Origin: Betaproteobacteria bacterium
GTDB lineage: Bacteria; Pseudomonadota; Gammaproteobacteria; Burkholderiales; SG8-41
DNA: 34,562 nt
Reading direction: 5' to 3'
Assembly (NCBI GenBank): GCA_029883965.1
Contig: JAOUIN010000002.1
Coordinates: 1-34,562, forward strand
A program made the translations under genes and the position numbers. This document shows, one piece after another, positions 27,469-34,562 of the stretch (the stretch's first letter is position 1; each line of letters opens with the position of its first letter). A model generated the notes under the pieces. That model was not told where the DNA came from and did no database searches. It saw only the letters and a list, made by a program, of their open reading frames with translations.

Positions 27469-27819
27469 ATGACCTGGATCATTACGAAATATTTCCTCAC
27501 CGCAGCCATCGTGGTGCTGGTATCGGAACTCGCGAAGCGCAGCGACAAGCTCGGCGCTTTTGTGGCGGCACTGCCGCTGGTGACCCTGCTGGCGCTGATC
27601 TGGCTTTTTATCGAGAACCAGCCGCAGGAGAAAATTGCGAATCATGCGTGGTACACGTTCTGGTATGTCGTGCCGACGCTGCCGATGTTTCTTGCGTTTC
27701 CGGCGCTGCTGCCGCGCCTCGGATTCTGGCTGACGTTGTTCGCGAGCGTGATCATTACGGTGGTATGTTTCGGTTTGTTTGCGCTGCTGGTGCGGCGTTT
27801 TGGCATCGAGCTGATGTAG
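27469..27819 (+). CDS. DUF3147-like small integral membrane protein
   Basis: 116 aa: MTWIITKYFLTAAIVVLVSELAKRSDKLGAFVAALPLVTLLALIWLF..., with four hydrophobic segments. GGAG lies 5 nt before the ATG. The ORF-track start at 27358 adds a non-membrane leader and is unlikely. Confidence 0.6.
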   Translation: MTWIITKYFLTAAIVVLVSELAKRSDKLGAFVAALPLVTLLALIWLFIENQPQEKIANHAWYTFWYVVPTLPMFLAFPALLPRLGFWLTLFASVIITVVCFGLFALLVRRFGIELM

Positions 27820-27841
27820 TGTTGATTCCGGAGACTGTGAA

Positions 27842-28513
27842 TTGACGGGGCAGATCGATCTGGTGGTGTGCGATATGGCCGGCACTACGGTGCGCGACGC
27901 GGGCCAGGTGCCGCAGGCCTTCATGTCGGCGCTCGCCGCGCACGGCATTGCGGTGACCCCGCAGGCCATCAACAGCCTGCGCGGCGCATCCAAACGGTTG
28001 GCGATCCTCAATCTGATCCCGGAAGGCAGCGAGCGTGCCGCGCGTTCGAAGCAGGTCTACGCGACGTTCGTGCAGCATCTGGCACAGGCGTTTCATGGCA
28101 CGGTCGAGCCGGTGCCGCGCGCGCGCGAGACCATCGATACCCTGCGCAGCCGCGGCCTCCGTATCGCGCTGAATACCGGATTCGATCGCGAAACCACGGA
28201 TCTGCTGCTCGATGCGCTGCGGTGGCGCGAGGGCGTGGTCGATGCGGTCGTTTGCGGTGATGAGGTGGCGCAAGGCCGTCCGGCGCCGTACATGATTTTT
28301 CGTTGCATGGAAGCCACCGGCGTCACCGATGTGCGCCGCGTGGCCAATGCCGGCGATACGGTGCTGGATCTGCAGGCCGGGTACCATGCCGGCGTCGCGC
28401 TGAATATCGGCGTGTTGTCCGGCGCGCATGGCCGCGATCAGATGCAGCCGCACCCGCATACTCACCTGTTGGATAGCGTTGCCGACCTGCCTGAATTGCT
28501 CGCACGTCGCTAA
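27842..28513 (+). CDS. HAD-superfamily hydrolase (phosphonatase-like subfamily)
   Basis: Motif I VVCDMAGTTV (DxxGT, as in phosphonoacetaldehyde hydrolase), LNTGF, GRPAPYM, and NAGDTVLDLQAG (motif IV). TTG start lies 8 nt after GGAG. Confidence 0.8.
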   Translation: MTGQIDLVVCDMAGTTVRDAGQVPQAFMSALAAHGIAVTPQAINSLRGASKRLAILNLIPEGSERAARSKQVYATFVQHLAQAFHGTVEPVPRARETIDTLRSRGLRIALNTGFDRETTDLLLDALRWREGVVDAVVCGDEVAQGRPAPYMIFRCMEATGVTDVRRVANAGDTVLDLQAGYHAGVALNIGVLSGAHGRDQMQPHPHTHLLDSVADLPELLARR

Positions 28514-28625
28514 GCGACGACAAAAAAATAAATGTTCAATGCGTTGTACGCGCACGGCGGTCCGTGGCGTTAATATGCGCACCCGCTGGGTGAACTTCCA
28601 TGCGTGCCGCCAGACCAAGTTGACC

Positions 28626-29495
28626 ATGTCCAGACGTTTACTTTCCCTGATCCTGCTGTTGCCGCTGCCGTTGGTGGCGGTTACCGCCCATGCCATGGGT
28701 GTGCCATTGGTGGCGCAGTCCCAGGCTGACGCCGCAAGATCCACCCCCAAGACGGGGGGTGCCAAGGCGCGCGCTGCCGCCACACCGCAGGTTCGTGCGC
28801 CGATGGTAGTCACGGGAACCGGGGCCGGGCAATCGGGCTATGTACATTACTGGCTGATTACGGCGCCGAATGGCGATCAGGAAGTGCAGGTCGGCATCGA
28901 ATTGCCGGATCAGCGCATCGTCTGGTCGTTTCCTGGCGTTGGCGTTACTGTGGCACCATTTATTGCCAACGGCGGCTACGACGCCAACGGCCGGCCATTT
29001 ACAGTACAACACCAGTACGGCCTGCGTCCGTATCGCAACGAGGCTGCGGTCCGGCGTCTGCAGGCTGGCCTGCAGCGGCGCGTACAACCCTGGATCGACA
29101 ATGCCGTACCGTATTGCGAACTGAACGGAGTTTCGCGCGAAGTTTGCGTGAGCTGTTTCGGTTTCGCCGCGCAGATTCTGTATCCGGGCAAGACGAAGAT
29201 GTATGCGGAATTTCCGCGCGATTTCCCGCGCCTGAGCGGCGAGGAATACCACACGACCGAAGATCTGCTGCTGTATCTGGCCGGATTGCATGCGTTGCCG
29301 AACGACACCGCGCGCCGGCAGCGCATGGCCAAGCTGGGTGGGCCACCGGCATTGCATGAGGAACTGACCCGCTTGAGCGCACTGGCCGTCAATGACCGGC
29401 CCACCGCGGTGGCGTCATCGGGTGCAACCAAGCGTCGCAGCGGGGCAACGACACCGGCCCGATCCGGTACCAGGACCACCGCGCGTCCCGGCTGA
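28626..29495 (+). CDS. secreted hypothetical protein, no family recognised
   Basis: Signal peptide MSRRLLSLILLLPLPLVAVTAHA, a Cys cluster (PYCELNGVSREVCVSCFGFAAQ), and a basic Ser/Thr/Arg-rich C-terminal tail. Alternative upstream ATGs are at 28575 and 28539. The ORF-track start at 28428 overlaps the HAD gene. Confidence 0.5.
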   Translation: MSRRLLSLILLLPLPLVAVTAHAMGVPLVAQSQADAARSTPKTGGAKARAAATPQVRAPMVVTGTGAGQSGYVHYWLITAPNGDQEVQVGIELPDQRIVWSFPGVGVTVAPFIANGGYDANGRPFTVQHQYGLRPYRNEAAVRRLQAGLQRRVQPWIDNAVPYCELNGVSREVCVSCFGFAAQILYPGKTKMYAEFPRDFPRLSGEEYHTTEDLLLYLAGLHALPNDTARRQRMAKLGGPPALHEELTRLSALAVNDRPTAVASSGATKRRSGATTPARSGTRTTARPG

Positions 29496-29506
29496 AGATT
29501 GCCGAT

Positions 29507-30241
29507 TTATCCGAAAGTTTCGTCGTCGCGCAGGTAGCGCCACTGGCCGTCCGGCAGGTCGCTGAGCATGACCTTGCCGATGCGCACACGTTTTAAGCCC
29601 ACTGCGGTCAGCCCGACCAGTTCGCACATGCGGCGGATCTGACGCTTTTTTCCCTGGCGCAGCACGAAGCGTAACTGGTCGCGGTTCTGCCATGACACCT
29701 GTGCCGGACGCAGCGCTTCACCGTCCAGGCTCAGGCCGTGATTGAGCAGCGCGAGGCCGTCTGCGCCCAGTTTTCCGGTTACCCGCACCAGATATTCCTT
29801 CTCCACCCGTGAGTTTTCACCGATCAGCTGCTTGGCGATGCGCCCGTCCTGGGTCAGCACCAGCAGGCCGGTGGAATCGATGTCGAGCCGGCCGGCTGGT
29901 GCGAGACCGCGCAGCTGTCTGGGATCGAAGCGCAACTTGCTGCGGTCGCCGGTGTAGTGGTTGTCGGCAGTAATCAGCGTAATCGCAGGACGATAATTCT
30001 TCTCGGGCTGACCGGAAACGTAACCCACGGGCTTGTTCAGCAGTATCGTTACCCGCGCCTGCTGCCGGTCCTGCGCGGCCGGCGCCAGCGTGATGCGCTG
30101 GGTCGGCAGGATGCGCGTGCCCAGCTCGGTGACAGGCACGCCGTCGACCAGCACCCAGCCGCGCTCAATGTAGCTGTCGGCCTCGCGCCGCGAGCACAAG
30201 CCCTGTTCCGACATCAGCTTGGAGAGGCGGATTTTTTCCAT
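29507..30241 (-). CDS. RsuA/RluF-family rRNA pseudouridine synthase with S4 domain
   Basis: S4 N-terminus [30 protein letters not shown], catalytic-Asp motif [24 protein letters not shown], and [10 protein letters not shown]. Confidence 0.85.
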   Translation of the reverse strand: MEKIRLSKLMSEQGLCSRREADSYIERGWVLVDGVPVTELGTRILPTQRITLAPAAQDRQQARVTILLNKPVGYVSGQPEKNYRPAITLITADNHYTGDRSKLRFDPRQLRGLAPAGRLDIDSTGLLVLTQDGRIAKQLIGENSRVEKEYLVRVTGKLGADGLALLNHGLSLDGEALRPAQVSWQNRDQLRFVLRQGKKRQIRRMCELVGLTAVGLKRVRIGKVMLSDLPDGQWRYLRDDETFG

Positions 30242-30259
30242 GGATGGCTTGAGCGGGCA

Positions 30260-30290
30260 TTTGCTGCAACGCTAACCATAGTGCAGCAAA
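30260..30290 (-). other. 9-bp inverted repeat in the leader or promoter region of the pseudouridine synthase gene
   Basis: TTTGCTGCA (30260-30268) and TGCAGCAAA (30282-30290) with a 13-nt spacer. It lies next to a 50-bp AT-rich tract at 30290-30340. Confidence 0.55.
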
Positions 30291-30341
30291 ATACAAATAT
30301 ATAACATGTTGATTTAAAACAATATTTATATAAATTAGACC

Positions 30342-31619
30342 TCAAAGTGCAGCAAAAACCTGTGCTGCGGCTTTAAGTGTGCGTTCAATCTCGGAGGGCC
30401 CGTGCGCGGCGGAAACAAAGCCCGCCTCATACGCGGAGGGCGCCAGATACACGCCCTCGGCCAGCATTGCGTGGAAAAACCGGTTGAACGCCTCCTTGTC
30501 GCATTGCATGACTTCGGCGTAGGACGTGGGCGGTGCGTCGCGGAAATACAGGCCGAACATGCCGCCGACATTGCGTGCCGAAAAAGCGATGCGCCGGGCC
30601 TGCGCGGCTTCGGTCAAACCGCTGCATAACTGGTGGGCCGTGGCGCCCAGACGGTCGTAGAAGCCCGGCGCCTGGATCAGTTTGAGCGTTGCCAGTCCGG
30701 CTGCGACGGCTACCGGGTTCCCCGACAGCGTGCCCGCCTGATACACGGAACCCACCGGCGCCAGGCATTGCATGATGTCGCGGCGTCCGCCGAAGGCGCC
30801 CACCGGCAGTCCACCGCCTATGACCTTCCCCAGCGTCGTCAGATCGGGTTTGATGCCGTAGAGGGCCTGGGCGCCGCCCAGGGCGACCCGAAAACCGGTC
30901 ATGACTTCGTCGAAAATCAGCACTGCGCCGTGTTGCGTACACAGCCGGCGCAGCAATTCCAGGAACGCCGGTCGTGGCGCCACCAGATTCATGTTGCCGG
31001 CAACCGGCTCGACGATCACAGCGGCAATCCCGGCGCCTTCGCTGGCAAAGACGGCTTCAAGCTGGGATTCATTGTTGTAGTCGAGCACCATTGTGTGTGC
31101 GGCAGTTTCGGCCGGCACGCCGGCGGAAGATGGCTGGCCGAAGGTCAGCGCACCGGAGCCCGCCTTGACCAGCAGCGCATCAGCATGGCCGTGGTAACAA
31201 CCTTCAAATTTGATGATTTTGCTGCGGCCGGTAAAGCCGCGCGCGAGACGGATTGCGCTCATCGTCGCCTCGGTGCCCGAGCTCACCAGCCGCACCTGTT
31301 CCAGCGACGGCACCAGCTGGCGCAGCACATCGGCCATTTCGACCTCCGCTTCGGTCGGCGCGCCAAATGACAATCCGCGTATCGCCGCCTGCTGCACCGC
31401 CTTGACCACATCAGGATGGGCATGGCCACAGATCAACGGACCCCAGGAACCGACATAGTCAATATAGCTGTTGCCGTCGGCATCCCATATCTGGGCGCCT
31501 TTACCGCGCTGTAAGAACAACGGCGTGCCGCCCACGGATTTGAATGCCCTTACCGGGGAGTTGACGCCCCCGGGAATGGTCAACTGGGCGTGATTAAAGA
31601 GCTTTTGACTTTTCTTCAT
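30342..31619 (-). CDS. hemL: glutamate-1-semialdehyde 2,1-aminomutase
   Basis: [32 protein letters not shown]-terminus, PLP-lysine context [10 protein letters not shown], 425 aa. The upstream extension to 31736 in the ORF track overlaps thiE and is unlikely. Confidence 0.95.
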   Translation of the reverse strand: MKKSQKLFNHAQLTIPGGVNSPVRAFKSVGGTPLFLQRGKGAQIWDADGNSYIDYVGSWGPLICGHAHPDVVKAVQQAAIRGLSFGAPTEAEVEMADVLRQLVPSLEQVRLVSSGTEATMSAIRLARGFTGRSKIIKFEGCYHGHADALLVKAGSGALTFGQPSSAGVPAETAAHTMVLDYNNESQLEAVFASEGAGIAAVIVEPVAGNMNLVAPRPAFLELLRRLCTQHGAVLIFDEVMTGFRVALGGAQALYGIKPDLTTLGKVIGGGLPVGAFGGRRDIMQCLAPVGSVYQAGTLSGNPVAVAAGLATLKLIQAPGFYDRLGATAHQLCSGLTEAAQARRIAFSARNVGGMFGLYFRDAPPTSYAEVMQCDKEAFNRFFHAMLAEGVYLAPSAYEAGFVSAAHGPSEIERTLKAAAQVFAAL

Positions 31620-32259
31620 GGCTGGATCCGTACGGCGGCTGGTCGAATAACATCCGGAACTCACGTGCGGCGCGTTCAACGTCGGGCGCGGCAAACAGTG
31701 CCGTGATGACCGCGATCGCGTCAATACCGGCCGCAATCAGTTGCGGCGCGTTCGTTGTCGTGATGCCGCCGATCGCGACTGTTGGCACGCCGAGCTCGTG
31801 CTTTGCCCGACTGATCAGGTCCATGGGCGGGCGCACGGCATCGGGTTTGACGCCCGACGCAAAAAAACTGCCGAATGCCACGTGGTCGGCGCCCGCCGCG
31901 ATCGCGCGTTGCGCCAGTTCGATGCGGTCGTAACACGAAGCGCCGAGCAGCTTGTCCGGCCCCAGCCGAGCGCGTGCCGCCGCAAGGTCGCCGTCGTCAC
32001 TCCCCAGATGCGCGCCAGCAGCACCGACCTCGAGCGCGAGCTTAGCCGAGTCGTTGATGATCAGGGGCACCGCGAACTCCGCGCAGAGCTGCTGCAATCG
32101 GCGCGCCTGCGCCAGCCGCAGCTCCGGTGTTGCGGTTTTGTTGCGATATTGCAAAATGCGGGCGCCACCCGCCAGCGCAGCACGCGTCCGGCGCAGCAGG
32201 TCTTCCGTATCGATCAGATCGGGCGTGATCGCGTACAGACCTGCAATCCGTGATGTCAC
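31594..32259 (-). CDS. thiE: thiamine-phosphate synthase
   Basis: [15 protein letters not shown], and [18 protein letters not shown]. The GTG start overlaps the thiD stop (GTGA). The 3' end overlaps the hemL start by 26 nt. Confidence 0.9.
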   Translation of the reverse strand: MTSRIAGLYAITPDLIDTEDLLRRTRAALAGGARILQYRNKTATPELRLAQARRLQQLCAEFAVPLIINDSAKLALEVGAAGAHLGSDDGDLAAARARLGPDKLLGASCYDRIELAQRAIAAGADHVAFGSFFASGVKPDAVRPPMDLISRAKHELGVPTVAIGGITTTNAPQLIAAGIDAIAVITALFAAPDVERAAREFRMLFDQPPYGSSHEEKSKAL

Positions 32260-33107
32260 GCTTGCGGTTCGCCGTCGTCGTCGGCGCCGGTTGAGTCATC
32301 ATCGTCGCGGGCCCAGAACAGACGGTCCGGTATATGCTGACCCATGCCCGGCCTGAACGCCAGTTTCAGCGATTGCCAGGTGTATTCCTGCGCATCGCGC
32401 ACTGCTTCCTGCATGTCGACGCCGTTGGCAATGGTCGCAGCCAGTGCCGAGGCCAGTGTGCAGCCTGAGCCGTGATAGGTGTGGGGCAGTCGCGGCCAGG
32501 TGTCGCTGCGCAATACGCCGTCGCTGTTGTACAGCGTGTTGACGACTTCGCCGGTATTTTCATGCGTCCCGGTGATCAGCACGTATTCGCAGCCGGAGGC
32601 AAGGATGCGGCTTGCGCACTCCGCCAGGTCGGGGGCATCGTTGTCATCGGTGTCATCAGCGGCAAGCCGGCGCGCTTCAATGCTGTTCGGTGTGACTATC
32701 GTGGTCTGCGGGATCAACAGTTCGCGAATGGCGGCGAGCATTTCCTCGGATGCGAGTTCATCGCCGCGGCCCGATGCCAGTACCGGGTCGAGGATCAGCG
32801 GGATTTCCGGATAGTCGGATACGACTTCCGCCACGGCAGCTACGGCTTCAAGGCTGCCCAGTACGCCGATCTTGAAGGCGGCCACAGGCATGTCTTCGAG
32901 TATGCAGCGGGCCTGGTCGGCCACCCACTCGCCGTCAACGGGCTGGACTTCGTCGACCCCCATCGTGTCCTGAATCGTGATGGCTGTAACCACCGACACC
33001 GGATGGCAGCCCATGCTGGCGAGCGTCATGATGTCTGCCTGCAGTCCCGCTCCTCCAGTAGGGTCGGTTGCGGCAAAGACCATCACAATCGGTGGCGCGT
33101 CGGTCAT
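32256..33107 (-). CDS. thiD: hydroxymethylpyrimidine/phosphomethylpyrimidine kinase
   Basis: DPTGGAGLQADI, KIGVLGS, and GSGCTLASALA. It has an acidic C-terminal extension ([18 protein letters not shown]). Confidence 0.9.
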   Translation of the reverse strand: MTDAPPIVMVFAATDPTGGAGLQADIMTLASMGCHPVSVVTAITIQDTMGVDEVQPVDGEWVADQARCILEDMPVAAFKIGVLGSLEAVAAVAEVVSDYPEIPLILDPVLASGRGDELASEEMLAAIRELLIPQTTIVTPNSIEARRLAADDTDDNDAPDLAECASRILASGCEYVLITGTHENTGEVVNTLYNSDGVLRSDTWPRLPHTYHGSGCTLASALAATIANGVDMQEAVRDAQEYTWQSLKLAFRPGMGQHIPDRLFWARDDDDSTGADDDGEPQA

Positions 33108-33185
33108 CAGAATTGGGAGACGGAGTGAGATCAGCTAGAATGACGCGGAATTTGGAACGAATTGTAGCTTATTTAACTCTGGCAA

Positions 33186-33377
33186 ATGCTGATGAACACC
33201 GATACCGGGCAGTACAGGAAGTACATGTGTCTGATCTGCGGTTACATTTATGACGAAGCGGCAGGTGTGCCGGATGAAGGGCTTGCCGCCGGGACAAAAT
33301 GGGAAGACGTGCCGATGAACTGGACCTGTCCGGAATGCGGCGCACGCAAGGAAGATTTTGAGATGGTACAGATCTGA
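33186..33377 (+). CDS. rubredoxin
   Basis: [12 protein letters not shown] and [13 protein letters not shown], two CxxC pairs at rubredoxin spacing. The start is ATG 33186 or 33192. Confidence 0.9.
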   Translation: MLMNTDTGQYRKYMCLICGYIYDEAAGVPDEGLAAGTKWEDVPMNWTCPECGARKEDFEMVQI

Positions 33378-33394
33378 GCTCAGGGAGGCTGCGC

Positions 33395-33787
<393 letters not shown>

Positions 33788-33790
33788 TTC

Positions 33791-34562
33791 TTAATCCGGT
33801 GCCGTCACGGCATCGGCGATGCGCACGAAGTCCGCTACCGTCAGCTCCTGCGCCCGTGCGCCGGGATCGATGCCGAGGCGCACGAATTCTTCTGCAGTAA
33901 CCATCCCCTTTAATGTATTGCGCAGGGTCTTGCGCCGCTGCGAGAATGCGCGTGCCACAACACGGCTGAATAGGGCCTCGTCGCGAGCCGGATGCGGCAG
34001 CGGCGCCAGCGGAACCAGCCGCACCACGGCCGACTCGACCCTGGGTGCGGGATCGAACGCAGTGGCCGGCACGTCAAGCAGCAATTCCATGTCGAACCGG
34101 TATTGCAGCATTACCGACAGCCGGCTGAATTCCGTGTCTCCGGGCGCAGCGACCATGCGCTCCACCACTTCACGCTGCAGCATCACGTGCACGTCTTGCA
34201 GGTGTGCGGCGAACTCGGCAAAGCGAAACAGCAATGGTGTCGAGATGTTGTACGGCAGGTTGCCCACGACGCGCAAATCCCTGCCCAGCGCGGCGAAATC
34301 GAATTTGAGCACGTCGCCTTCGTGGATCAGCAGCCGGTCCGGAGCATGGTGTTCACGCAGCCGCGCGATCAGATCGCGGTCGATCTCAATGACCTGCAGT
34401 TGTCTGACGCGGTCGAGCAGCGGCACGGTCAGCGCCCCCAGCCCGGGTCCGATTTCAATCAGCGTGTCGTCCGGTCGGGGCCCGACGGCATGAACGATAC
34501 CGGCGATGATGCCTTCATCAACAAGAAAGTTCTGGCCGAAACGCTTGCGCGGTACATGTTTC
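33791..34562 (-). CDS. rsmA: 16S rRNA (adenine1518/1519-N6)-dimethyltransferase, first few codons outside the window
   Basis: The reverse frame is open to the window edge: KHVPRKRFGQNFLVDEGIIAGIV..IEIGPGLGALT..VIEIDRDL..GNLPYNISTP. The ORF-track Met at 34426 is internal. Confidence 0.9.
   Translation of the reverse strand, partial: KHVPRKRFGQNFLVDEGIIAGIVHAVGPRPDDTLIEIGPGLGALTVPLLDRVRQLQVIEIDRDLIARLREHHAPDRLLIHEGDVLKFDFAALGRDLRVVGNLPYNISTPLLFRFAEFAAHLQDVHVMLQREVVERMVAAPGDTEFSRLSVMLQYRFDMELLLDVPATAFDPAPRVESAVVRLVPLAPLPHPARDEALFSRVVARAFSQRRKTLRNTLKGMVTAEEFVRLGIDPGARAQELTVADFVRIADAVTAPD

Noticed and set aside
33108-33185. TPP riboswitch expected upstream of the thiD-thiE operon (minus strand)
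   Set aside because: The thiD-rubredoxin spacer is only 78 bp and lacks the CUGAGA / ACCUGAUCUGGAUAAUGCCAGCG-type conserved cores.

Overview
GC-rich proteobacterial chromosome segment. The synteny fmt-rsmB-DUF4390-ntrYX and two Bug/TctC-type binding proteins suggest a betaproteobacterium, but this is not proven. The layout is as follows. (1) 1-5.5 kb holds fmt (3' end), rsmB, a DUF4390 exported protein and an NtrY/NtrX-like two-component pair. (2) 5.6-12.5 kb holds a central-carbon cluster, tkt-gap-pgk-pyk plus a class I fructose-bisphosphate aldolase. (3) 12.6-23.6 kb is a co-directional accessory block: COG0523/CobW GTPase, amidohydrolase, cupin, Bug SBP, acyl-CoA dehydrogenase, carboxyltransferase, Bug SBP, carboxyltransferase and an MLE-type enolase-superfamily enzyme. 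(4) 23.7-29.5 kb holds miscellaneous small genes: MliC-like lipoprotein, LpxR-like outer-membrane deacylase, small membrane protein, UDG-family protein, a DUF3565 gene interrupted by TGA, SDR, DUF3147-like membrane protein, HAD hydrolase and a secreted hypothetical. (5) 29.5-34.6 kb is housekeeping: RluF/RsuA-type pseudouridine synthase, hemL, thiE, thiD, rubredoxin, gloA and rsmA (5' end outside the window). I found no rRNA or tRNA genes, CRISPR arrays, transposases, integrases or recognisable defence or toxin-antitoxin genes. The best candidate for something undescribed is the 16.0-23.6 kb cluster. It is built from duplicated SBP + stand-alone carboxyltransferase modules with no biotin partner, CoA-activating enzyme or regulator in the window. 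It has an internal promoter carrying a perfect 16-bp palindromic operator, and that motif recurs upstream of an unrelated operon at 25.4 kb. Secondary items are a CobW GTPase next to two putative metalloenzymes (one a cupin with histone-H1-like Lys/Ala tails), a DUF3565 gene with in-frame TGA at a conserved Trp position, a UDG-family gene that seems to carry an in-frame deletion, and an NtrX-like regulator with a dead AAA+ domain. All family assignments rest on reading motifs by eye and on memory of family consensus sequences. No searches were run.
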